NCBI RefSeq assembly: GCF_020745735.1
Contig: NW_026867603.1
Location: 2,046,001 to 2,110,000 of the forward strand
Reading direction: 5' to 3'
DNA: 64,000 nt
From: Hemiscyllium ocellatum
Lineage: Eukaryota
Notes under the pieces: model-generated
Seen by the model: the letters and a program-made list of their open reading frames with translations, nothing else
Databases searched by the model: none
Told to the model about the DNA's origin: nothing
Program-made: the position numbers and the translations under genes
Shown here: positions 12,963 to 24,225 of the stretch, piece by piece
Layout of the letters: every line of letters begins with the position of its first letter
How positions within the stretch are numbered: the stretch's first letter is position 1

Positions 12963-13415
12963 TATTTTCGTATGGTGGGGGATTTCAACAGGAGGGGGCA
13001 TGTTTTTACAATAAAAGGAGAAAAAGTTTTAAAAAGTTAACGGACACAACTTTTTTCACAGAGAATGGTTTGTATGTGGGATGATTTGGTGATGGGTATT
13101 GTTAAAACTGTCAGAAGACGTTTGGATAAGTAAACCTGTATCAAATGTTTGGAAGAATATGTGCCAAGTACACACAGGTGGGATCAGTTAGTTTGGGATT
13201 ATCACTGATATGGACTGATTGGACCGAAGTGATACCGAATGCTGTATCACTCCATGACTCTGAGACTATTTAACAATTTTCTCAATATCAAATAGTGCTG
13301 TAGTGATCCTCGAATGACCTGATGACGTTTAGATTGTGTCCGATATCTGCGAATATTTCAGTCAATGAGAGGTGGGACGAGTTCTCCAAGGTACAAAATT
13401 GAAAAAGACAATTTT
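11140..13415 (-). repeat. Inverted segmental duplicate (copy B) of 1-2540, upstream flank of the IgM cluster
   Basis: Same anchors as copy A; ends about 1.8 kb before the VH leader. Confidence 0.92.
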
Positions 13416-15111
13416 CTCCAGCATTGTTGCTGTGTAGATTTGTTTCTGCGAAGGCAGTGGTTATGGTTCGCAGTTGGCTTTCCACCAACTGGTCAATAGT
13501 GAGACAAAAATATCTTTGATCCACTGCAAAAACTCAGGTGCTTCCAGGAAATGAAACTGGGAACTCTAGGATCTTTTCTGCAGTCAGCTTAATTGCTGCC
13601 AACTATTGCATCTGGCAGATTAAAGGGAAAATGAATGAATCAAGATAAAATTCTACCGAACAAATTATATTTGCCCGTTTACTCACACTGGACAAATTTC
13701 ACGTAGCATTTCTTCTTTAAAAAAGAAAGTCACTGAATACAGCATTCAATGTAAGACTATCAGAAAACAGGAAATTGAATGCAATGACGTTCTGGTTAGT
13801 TCAGCCTGTTTATTGAGTATCTTAAAAGCTCCTGAATATGAAGTTAATGAATCCCATATCGCACATTGCAGTATCATTTATTATCATCTCAAAGTAAATT
13901 AACACACTTGAATTGGTTAAAACTCACATCACTCGTTGCACCATCCTCTGATTCATGCATCTCTTTAAAACTGGGAGGGCCCGTTATACATGGTTAATAC
14001 TAATGTAGTGTAACGGCGAGTTATTGCTGATTTTTACGAGTTAACTGCCCATGTCAGAGCCACCAGGGAATAGATTAATGTAGTGTTTATAACCTACATT
14101 CATGGTAATTATTATTGTAATACTATCTACATTAACCAAACACTCCTGATGTACAAGACAGTTACCTACAATGGTTTACATGTTGATGATTTACTTTTAA
14201 CTAATGGACTGGCCTGTTCCAGTTCATTAGATGATCTTTCAAAAGGTTACCTGGGTGTTTGGTATCACTGCCAAATCACGTTTTGGTTCTCAGGCACACA
14301 GCTTTGCTTTACGATGCATTTTAGGGTCGGAGCAATTAGAAAAAAAAGATTCAAGGAGAGACATTCTGCAATGTAAGGAGGTGCTTCTAATCTCAGGTGC
14401 TTCTAATTTCGTGACATGCACTTACATTCTGAACATAATCACTTCAGACATGCTCCATATTATGTTGCCTACATTGAATTTAGAAACGCCGATTTGAAAT
14501 GAAATATTAATTTGTAATGTCAGAGAGACTTTGAGGGACAGCAAAAATAAAGTCACTACTTTGTTGGCTAATAGTATTATTGAAGTTCTTTTTAGCTTTA
14601 TCTGCTTGTGGTTGAATGCAGAATTAAAGGGAGTTAATTTCTAATTGAATATTCTAAATATAATCACTTTGGACACGCTCTGTATTCAATTGCCTAAACT
14701 GAAGTTTGAAATGTTTCACATGAATTACATGCTATTTTGTAGTGCGACATAGAATTGCAGTGTCCAGGGAAAATAAAACTCAACTATTTAATTAGCTGGT
14801 AACGTCTTTGAACTTTAGTTTTAGTTTTATCTGCTTGTGGATGAACGCTGAAATAAAGGGAGCTAAATTCCAATTTAATTCGTTTTGTTTTTTGAAACAA
14901 AATACTTGTGACTATATCTGAATTAGACCGGAAGCTACTCAAATTTACTTCCACCATTTAAAAAAAACTTCCAAAGAAGCTATTTCCAAAACAAATATCC
15001 CAAGATGTGTATATCTCCATGTTAATGCATAACCTCATGTAAATACATGAGTCTATCTCTTCGGGCTGTGCAAGCTAATACCAGGATCCGGTCTCAGCAT
15101 CCAGCAGGAAA

Positions 15112-15158
15112 CCAATAGGTGGAAACTGTAAGCCTGAGCCTTCTGATGGTCATATTAA
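15112..15158 (+). promoter_or_regulatory. Putative VH promoter
   Basis: CCAAT 15112-15116, CRE/decamer-like TGATGGTCA 15144-15152 and TATTAA 15153-15158, about 90-130 nt upstream of the leader start. Confidence 0.35.
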
Positions 15159-15245
15159 TCCTGGGCACTGGACCATAATTCAACACTCCTGGATCGGCTT
15201 TGTTTAGAAAGATCTTGACAGAACCGTTTTCCACAAGTTATCACA

Positions 15246-15294
15246 ACGATTAGGTCGACAATTTTTCTAAGCTTGTTACTGACTGTCTTAACAT
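15246..15294 (+). pseudogene. IGHV: IgM VH leader exon 1 with start codon mutated to ACG
   Basis: ACG ATT AGG TCG ACA ATT TTT CTA AGC TTG TTA CTG ACT GTC TTA ACA T reads (T)IRSTIFLSLLLTVLT, a hydrophobic shark IgH-type signal peptide. It is followed by a phase-1 donor gtcagt at 15295 and an intron to the AG at 15422-15423. Confidence 0.8.
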
Positions 15295-15423
15295 GTCAGT
15301 ATTTTTTGTTCAAGTCTCTCTTTGTGACTGTCTCAATATCAGTCTACTGCAGCAATGTCAACGATTCAGCCATCATTTCATCAGCGTTCATGCTCAAGAG
15401 TATATTTATTTTCTTTTTTAAAG

Positions 15424-15729
15424 ATGTCCAGTAAAATGTTATTTTGACTCATCCAGAGGCAGGGATTGACCTTTCCGGAGGCACCCTGAGACTGACCTGT
15501 AAAACCAGCAAGTTCAATCTTTGCAGCTGCTACCTGCCCTGGGTCCGACAAGTTCCCGAGCAGGGCCTGGAGTGGCTGCTTGGGTACCAAACTTCATCCA
15601 ACAATAACTGTGCATCAGCGATTGAAGGTCGATTTACTGCTTCCATAGGCAGTTCAAACAACATTTTTGCATTGGACATGATTAACCTTAAGACTGAAGA
15701 CACCGCCAGTTATTACTGTGCAGTTGGTA
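15424..15729 (+). pseudogene. IGHV: IgM-type VH exon fused to a D remnant; in-frame TAA at 15432-15434
   Basis: [100 protein letters not shown]. Conserved [24 protein letters not shown] and EDTAxYYC match shark IgM VH frameworks. Confidence 0.95.
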
Positions 15730-15757
15730 CACGGCATTTATGATCAATACAGAACCG
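15730..15757 (+). other. Degenerate 12-bp-spacer RSS (3' D-type)
   Basis: Heptamer CACGGCA (15730-15736), 12-nt spacer TTTATGATCAAT, nonamer-like ACAGAACCG (15749-15757). No nonamer is seen at 23-nt spacing. Confidence 0.6.
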
Positions 15758-15869
15758 TATTCAGCCTCCATTATTTCTGCATTTATTAAATGATTACTTC
15801 TACAAATCGTCTTAACTTACAGTGCAGTATTAGTTCTGAGGGGTTTTATGCAAGAATCACTGTTTAATT

Positions 15870-15990
15870 TGTCATGATTTGGAGATGCCTGTGTTGGACT
15901 GGTGTGTACAAAGGTTAAAAAAAAGGTACAAAGGTGTGCTTCCAATTAAACCTGTTGGACTCTGACCTGGTGGTGTGTGATTTTTAGCTT
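15870..15990. mobile_element. Short Penelope-terminus-derived repeat fragment in the D-J interval
   Basis: GTGCTTCCAATTAAACCTGTTGGAC...CCTGGTG.TGTGTGATTTTT is the reverse complement of the family seen at 24226-24280. Confidence 0.65.
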
Positions 15991-16245
15991 TGTTTAATTT
16001 GTATAAGTGCTGATAAGTATTGATACGCCATTTGGTGATTTTCAGAATCAGCTCATATGTTACTCCGTGAAGTATAAAACAACATTAAAATTTGTCAAAA
16101 ATGATCAGAATCCACTAGCACAGTTATATGATTAAGATATATCGTGACTTTATTTTGCCTTTGGTTCCGAAAATTTAAAATAATGGTTGATTTTTGTTTT
16201 TTTTTATGCAGATCTAGTTATGGTGTGAGCAGTCCAGAGACTGTG

Positions 16246-16293
16246 GCTATCTTGATTACTGGGGCGAAGGGATCATGGTAACAGTGACTTCAG
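16246..16293 (+). pseudogene. IGHJ: JH segment
   Basis: Reads YLDYWGEGIMVTVTS (WGxG motif). Preceded by heptamer GACTGTG (16239-16245) and followed by the phase-1 donor gtaag at 16294. Confidence 0.95.
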
Positions 16294-16833
16294 GTAAGAA
16301 CTTTGAACTTTCTTAGAGACTTTTGTTAAACTTTGTATTCGTGTGACTAATTTCTGAATTAAGTGAAACTCACATTCTGTGCTGAGTTGGTTTGGTTCGG
16401 ATTGATTTTTTTTTCAGGCTGATTATAGACTTCAGTTAAGGTTCAGCAAATAGTTAAAATGGTGATGACGGAGTCATTTGCTCGGTGTATCTTTTTTTTA
16501 ATCAAGTGGTCATTCTGTGTGAAACATCTAATTTTGCTTAATCGGTCAGGTATAAATAATGTTTAATGTCAGTGACACCCTAACTGTGAGTTTTATTATC
16601 GACAGTAAATGCTCAGAATTAAAAGATTTTTGAAATATTAACAAACATGATTAAAATATACGAAAATATCATTGTTTATTTCTTGAATATATTTCCTGTA
16701 TACATAATGTTCTTACCATGATTATATTTTCTCCTTTATTTTGTTAATTTTGTTGATGACAAGCTGGTTATAAAATGTCTTTTTTGCGGTGCTATGTTTC
16801 ATTCTGTTGATTAGATTCTGAATTTTCTTGTTT

Positions 16834-17045
16834 GATTCTGTTGAATTGAGTTGACTTGGATTCTGACTTTGTTTTTACTTGGTTTTGTTGAATCACACTG
16901 ATTACCTTTTGAAATTGTTTTATAAGATTCAGTTGAATTGAGTTGGTTGGATTCTGATGATCTTTCATTTAAATCTGCTGTTTTCAGGTGATTTTATTAT
17001 GAGTTTATTTTATGAATCAGTTGCAGTGAGTTGATTGGATTCTGA
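16834..17045 (+). repeat. Three copies of a 32-33 bp motif at about 90-bp period in the J-C intron
   Basis: GA(T/A)TC(T/A)GTTG(AAT/CAG)TGAGTTG..TGGATTCTGA at 16834, 16926 and 17014. Confidence 0.8.
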
Positions 17046-18810
17046 TTCATTTTGTGAAATTGATCTGCGTTTTCATACTTTCAGTAATTCGTGTTTTCTT
17101 TCTGGTGAGGAGATGGTCTCTCTGGATTACTTTAATTACGAATTTTTGTGAGGTTCTTTGTTTTTGCTGAAGCGTTCCTACGTTTATTAAACTCATCTGG
17201 CATTTTTTTTTGCTGCTTGATTGAAAACATTACGTCTGTTTGTAACTGTCTGAAAACGAATTTAAGGCAGAAACACGGAAGTGAAAGAAATGAGAAAATA
17301 AGTATTTTGGAGCATTATTTTTTTTAAAAAAATACCTCAGTTCTAATTGTAAACTAAGTCAAGTTTGTTTCGAGTTACATCTTTCAAAGTAAAATTTGGG
17401 ATTAAAATCTGAAACTGCAGAATTGATCAGGTTACGTAATTGAAACGAACTTGCTATAATTTAAAATAATAATGTGGTAATGTTTGCCTATTGAACTACC
17501 TTTATTTTGACCTCAATCTGATTAATCATAATATGACTTCAACTGCTGTACTGTGCACAACACAAGAATGGCATGACCGGAAAAGGTGTACAGATTGGAA
17601 TTAAATTGAACTGTTTCCCAAAACTTTACATCTTAAACTATGAAGTAAATCACCTCACAAACAAGGCTGCTGTTATTATTTAGTATTTCTATTCAATTTA
17701 ATCATTCTCTGCCTGGAATCTGTACAACTTTGTTTTGATTTCTTTTTTTTGTGAGGTAACATCATGTTCTTGGTTGGAAATGTTTGCAGAGCCAGTTCTG
17801 CTGCAAACCCATCGGTTTCCTCAGTGTTGTCATTTGTTGATCTTTGCTCTATTAAGGAGGAGGGACTGTAACATTCATTTTGTTATATTTGGGAAACTGT
17901 TTCTGGTTTCTACATTGTTATTGCACTGTTAACATGGTTGGTGTCAGTGAACCGCTCCAGTTATCTCATTCAATGCAATCATCATGCCAGTTGAATCTTC
18001 ATAAAGCCTAGTATTACGTGAAAGGCAAATCGCAATGTTTTTGGAAATGAAGGAAAAACAGATACCTTAGGGTGCGAGTTTTAGTGAGAACATAGAAAAT
18101 TACGGCAATGTTCAGGCCCTTCGGCCCTCGATGTTGCACCGGTTTGTCACACCAATCTGAAGCCCATCTAACCTGCACTATTCCATGTACGAATATATGC
18201 TTGAACAACGATGACTTAAATGTAATGAGAAGTAATAATTAAGAATTAATCTAATCCACTATTTACAATCCAAAGTCAAAACTCAACTATCCAGTTGAAT
18301 CACAAGGTCTGTCTTCCAAACATTTACAAGTCATAGAGAAATATAAATACAATTTCAAAATTATGTTGTTCTAATAGTTCTTGCTCTTGAGCAAAGATGC
18401 CATGACTAAGTTGTAATTAGTCAAGAATCACTTTTCAATTCCGCTGTACACTACACACAAGTTTTCTGGTTGGAAAAGATCATTGGCAAAGATCGTTTGG
18501 AAATTCTGCCCAATTCGATGAAGAACAGACCAGTTTCACTGCTTTGATCAGTTTCACAAGTAACTCGAGTTAATTAATTGTTATGTCCCTGATTAAACTG
18601 GAATTGCAGGAAAAACATAAAACAGTGACTGAATGATTTAATCTGCACAGTGCTTTCGGTGTTCCCAATCCATGAGTTTTAAATGAATAGTTACATTTTA
18701 CAACAAAATTTCAACTGAAGAGTCATTCTTTCGGAAACAACTGCTATGTGGAATTATGTGATCAAGGCCAAATTTTTTATTAGTTTAAATAATTCACGCA
18801 TTAACTCACA

Positions 18811-19180
18811 GGGCGGCATGCAGGCTCAGTGGTAAGCATTGCACAGCACCACTGACCGCATTTCGATTCCATTCTCGGGTGACTACCTGTGTAAAATTTG
18901 CACATTCTCCCCATGTCCGGGATTCTTCTGTGTGCTCCAGTTACCTCCCCCCCCCCCACCCCCGCCACAACCCGCCCTCCCCCCGCCACCCAAAGTCACT
19001 AAGGTGTTCAGGCGAGGTGAGTTGGCTGTGCTAAATTAAACATTGAATTCAGGGATGTGTAGGTTATAGTGCATTAGTCAGGAGTAAATATAGCGTAGGT
19101 GGAATGTGTTACTTACTGTTCGGAGGGTCGGTGTGGAATTGTTGGGTACAGTGGCCTTTTTCCATACTGTTGGAAATCTA
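18811..19180 (+). mobile_element. V-SINE (HE1-like), diverged
   Basis: GGGCGGCATG head and V-domain remnants, with an internal C-rich insertion. Confidence 0.7.
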
Positions 19181-19394
19181 GTGTAAAAGAGTAGGAATGC
19201 TTGTTGCGAATGCAGAGAACGTAGTCTGCATCGATGTGTTCAGACATATGCAGAGTTCATAAATTTGCAGAAGACATGAACGAGAGGATAGCAGAGCACG
19301 TTGTGTATTTCAACTGAAAATAGAGTTTTTTTTAATTGATGTACTTGGCCAATTTTTGCAATGTACTTAACATTAGCTATGTGTGGCGATCATT

Positions 19395-19706
19395 TTGATT
19401 CGATTTCCTACACTATGGAAACGGGTCATTGTCCCAGCAATTACACACAGATTCTCTGAAGACTAACCCACACAGACCTATTACCCTACCCTATATACAC
19501 CCCAGATCAATGCACCTAACACTATGGATGATTCAGCATTACCAATTCACTTGGCCTGCACATCTTTCGATTGTGGGAGGAAACCCATGCAGACACAGGT
19601 GAGAATGTGTAAACTCCACACAGACAGTCACCTGAGGCTGGAACCAAGCACGGTTACCTGAACCTGAAAGTCAACAGTGCTCACCACGAAACCATCACAC
19701 CGCCCA
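19395..19706 (-). mobile_element. V-SINE (HE1-like), diverged
   Basis: Reverse complement of the same SINE, ending ...CACCGCCC. Confidence 0.75.
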
Positions 19707-22639
19707 TATTTACTTAGACATCAGTTAAAATGGGCAACTCCAGACAGAAGCAAATTTTCAATTTATACGTTTTTAAAACATTTTCGTACGTTACAAAACA
19801 GCTAACAAGAAACTGAACCACCCAGTGTAAAGAAAACCTGATAGTAAATACTTGCCCTATTTGTTTCATCAGAAACGCATTGCCACACTGGAATGGAGTA
19901 TTGGCTTTGTCCAGAACATGTAAAATCTTCGAGTACAAGAAATGTTTTAAGAATACGTAAAAATAATATAGAGAAGAATCCATTTCCTCTGAACCTGTGC
20001 ATAAATTTGCAATATGCGCTACATCAATAATGTTGTTAATTACAATGACCTTTTTAGTTGATTAAATGGGTGATGATCTATGTTCACTGTGAACCCATTC
20101 TCGTTCACATTAATGGGTATTATCTTTTTCATTCCTACGATGAATGTTCAATTACAGTGAATATATTGGACCTGAGGAATTGAGCAGATATATCTGCAAA
20201 GGCCAAGACTGTTGTACAGTATGTTTCAGTGCTATCTCCGACTAACTTGTCAACTGATCCTGACCATTTGTAAGTTGTCCGGTTCCAATACCTGAATCTC
20301 CGACAGTTCAATTTCATATCCCATTTCAAAACCATACTTATCTGCCAGAAATAGAATATTTGATTAAGTGCCTCTGAATTGAGAGCCCTGGTCATGTTGT
20401 AGTATCAGAACGAACACTTCAGTAACAAAAGGCAGATTGCAAGAGTGTTTCAATTGGTTGTTGGCAGCAAGGGATATATAATTGAGCGAGGCAGAGGAAA
20501 ATATGCTGCTTATTTTCTTTGTGCCTCGATTGTCCGGGACGCGTTTAGTGGCACAATGTAGGATCAGAAATTATTTTGCATTGTATTATTTGAAAACCTT
20601 TTGCCTGCTTTTAATGTCACTGGCAAATGTCATAATACAGTTCAAAATGTTTTAATCTATTTCTAACTAAGTAGACCATCTAGTGCATCAACATTAATGA
20701 GTAAGAGGAAGGGGGTTCAACGTTGAAGTCCAGTGACAGTGAATTTATGGCAGTGCAATTCATAGTATTATTCCTCTGCAGTTCCCATAGACTTTGGACA
20801 ATTCAGACCGAGAGTCAAAGTATTCCTGGAGAATTGTTGCAATGTTAATTTCATTGCATAAACATTCGGGAACAATCCTTATTTGTTGGAATGTGTTAAT
20901 AATTAACATGGTTTATGCACTGTAAAACAGGTGGGCTGTCCTCTCCGATATAGTGTCGAGCTCCTTGTGTTCAGGTCTGCTGTGATATTGTAGTAGTGAT
21001 CCTGACTCCATGCCACGTGGCCTGTGTTCACTTACAACCTGTTAGGGACGTATGTAACATCATCTCTATTTAGTTTCATTCGGGGCAAAAAACCAGATCG
21101 AGTCGTTTGGGTGTTTTTTTGGAATTCCATTCACAGAGGCCGTTGAAATCTATTCAATCGCAATCCTGATTTGTGTCTCTTAGATATTAAACAACTTTGG
21201 CGGTTAGGAGCTTTTTCCAAATCCATTTTTGTTCGCAAGCTTTTGGACATCGCTAGCTGGGGTTAATGGAGTAACTCCTCAAATAAATCCCAGCTTTTAA
21301 ATTACCATCCTAACAATAACATGTATAACTAATCCAGAATGAATTGTTTTGAAGCATTTTTGATGAGATTATGCCTAGGTTGTTTTATTTTATATTTAAC
21401 CAGTGCTGTGGTTGAATTTGATTGTTCAGTGCAGTGGGGGTTCCGCTGAATCCAACACTTCCAGCAGATGGTGATAGCCTTTCAACTAGTCTTCAGTTGC
21501 TATCTTACACCAGTACCTCTGCTAAGAATCCTTTTCCAACAGCAGTCAAGCAAACGTAATCGCTGTCTAATTAAGCAGGTGCCAAAAACATGAAAACAAT
21601 TTTCTGAAGGGGAATCTCGGAACGCGCAATGTTAACCTTACTTTCTCTCCAGAGCAGCCACGAGACCTACTGAGACTCTTCAGAAACTTCTGTCTTTATT
21701 TTGGTTTGCTAGCAATCAAAGTTTTTTCTTTCATTAAAAAGAAGTTCTGTTCGATTAAACAAGCTGTACAGAGAGACGATGCGTTTGAAGAAATTGAGAA
21801 TGTTCAGAGATATTTAATATCAGAAAATCATTGAATGTGAGTGCCCTGATTTCAAGCTGTATTTTCACAAGAAACTGTTTCGTGAAGTAACAACACACTC
21901 CAGATTGCAGTGACTGCTGTAATTGGGTGGGAGTTGTTTTGATCACTCAAATATAGAACGTCAATACTCGCGTTCCAAATTATCAACAGATTTTTTAAGA
22001 ATTTGTGAAACAATTCATTTGTTAAAATATTTTAATAAAAATTGTTCAGTGTCAGTGCTAGCCTAATGAAGGACACAATTGTAGGAAGGTGCAGGAGGAG
22101 GGCACTCAGCCCCTCGAGCTGTTCCCCTATTACTTAGATCATGGTGCATCTGCGCACTATTTTCTCAGGCCTCCCTTTGGCTAAAACTCTTTTCCATCTT
22201 TGACTAGCAAGTAAAAACTATCCATAGTTCAATGATTTTACTTTCCTTAACAAAGGGAGAAACCGTTGTTTAAAGACATTTCTGTGAGAAGTTAAAGTGA
22301 CCCATTGAGGCTGGAATTAATTGATCATGAAAATAATCTTTAAATCTCTGATACCTTACAATTTAAACATCCCAATCACCACATTCCATTAATTTAAGAT
22401 TATATTTCTTTATTCCAGGGAAGTATAATGTGTGATTTCTGCTTTAAAAAATGAGGCAATGTTCATTCCCACAACATGATTAAGAATTTGTTCAGAGAAA
22501 AAGAAGCCAAACTACACAGAAGGAAACCATTCACAATTCGTGTAAATACTTTTCCATGCTTCCAGTGATTATCTGCATCTCTAGACAGCTGTGGAAGTGT
22601 CAGGCTTTTCCTTGAGAAACAAAACATCATCAACTGACT

Positions 22640-24225
22640 TGAATTGCTAAAGTTTGTGTGGGGCAGTGTTTTCTCGAGGAATAAGACTGTGTTAAATTCT
22701 GGCTCTGTAACTTATGAAGGAGCAAAAATTGGCTTTAATAGAGTGGTATGTGCTTCTTGTCAGATGTGGGAATTTAAAGAGAGATTAAGCATTATTGCGG
22801 ATTATATCTGTCATAGGTCCTGTTGGATGCGAATCTTATCAGATCGAATGGATCGATTGGAGAGACAGTTAGAAGCAACAGTATATCATGGATGGCAGTT
22901 ATAGGAAGGGGCGATGTCTCAGATACTGTCACATAGATGGGTTAACTCCAGGAAATGTAAGATAGGTAAGCACCTAGTGCAGGAGTCTTGTGTGGATGTA
23001 CCGATTTCAATCAGGTATGCTGTTTTGAAAAATGTAGGGGGTGATGGAATCTCAGGGGAACATAGGACGAACAGCCAAGTTTCTGGTATTGAGACTAGCT
23101 CTAATGCAATGAGGGTTATATCGGCTTCAAAGAGATCAATTGCGTTCGGGGATTCTGCAATCCAGGTGTAGAGATACTTTTCTGTGACCAGCAGCGAAAA
23201 AGCAGAATGGTGTGTTGTTTCCCCGGTGCTAGGATCAATGATGTCTCAAAGAGAGTGCAGAAAGTTCTCATGGGGGAGAGGGGACAGCAAGAGGACATTG
23301 TCCACTTTGGAACCAAGGACAAAGGAAGGGAAAAGATTGAGATTATGAAGGGAGATTACAGAGAGATAGGCAGAAAATATTAAAGGAGGTCCTGGAAAGT
23401 AGTAATATCTGGATTATTCCTAGTGCTACGAGCTAGAGACGGCAGGAATATGAGGATAGAGCAGATGAATGCGTGGCTGAGCAACTGGTGTATAGGAGAA
23501 GGATTCACAATGTTGGATCATTGGAATTTATTTTGGGTAGAAGTGACCTGTACAAGAAAGACGGATTGCACCTAAATTGGAAGGGGACCAATATTCTGGC
23601 CGGGAAATTTGCTAGAGCTGAACGGAAGGATTTAAACTAGTAAGGTAGGGAGAGGGGTAGGGTGTGACCCAGGGAGATTGTAAGGAAAGAGGTCAATCTG
23701 GCACTAGTGCAGTTGAAAACAGAAGCGAGTCAAACAGTCAGAGCAGGCAGGGACAAAGTAGGACTAATAAATTAAACTGTGTTTATTTCATTGCAAGGGG
23801 CCTAACATGGAAGGCAGGTGAAATCAGGGCATGGTTAGGATCATGGGAGAGGGATATCATAGCAATCACAGGTACATGGCTCAGGGATGGGCAGGACTGG
23901 AAGATTAATGTTCCAGGATACGAATGCTACAGGAAGGATAGAAAGGGAGGCAAGGGAGGAGGGTGATTGATATTTTTGATAAGGGATAACATTACAGCTG
24001 TGCTGAGGGTGGATATTCCCGGAAATACATCCAGGGAAGTTGTTTGGGTGGAATTGAGAAATAAGAAAGGGATGATTATGCGCTTTGGGTTTGTATTCTA
24101 GACCCCCTAATAGTTAGAGGGATATTGAGAAACAAATGTGTAAGGATACCTCAGCTATATGTAAGAATAATAGGATGGATATGATAACGATTTTAACTCT
24201 ATAAACATATACTAGGAAAGCAAAG
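22640..24225 (+). mobile_element. CR1 LINE 5' part: ORF1 (Zn/coiled-coil, SGNH esterase) and ORF2 endonuclease start
   Basis: VVCASCQMWEF...CHRSCW..DRMDRLERQL; IAFGDSA followed by MVCCFPGARINDVS; DIIAITGTWLRDGQDWKINVPGYECYRKDR. Confidence 0.9.

Noticed and set aside
15444-15743. VH as IgNAR, IgW or TCR V
   Set aside because: Frameworks ([19 protein letters not shown]), the JH and the downstream Cmu1-type exon fit IgM. It has a full CDR2/FR3, unlike VNAR.
16834-17045. CRISPR-like repeat-spacer pattern
   Set aside because: The context is eukaryotic, the repeats are degenerate, the spacers are related to each other and there are no cas genes.
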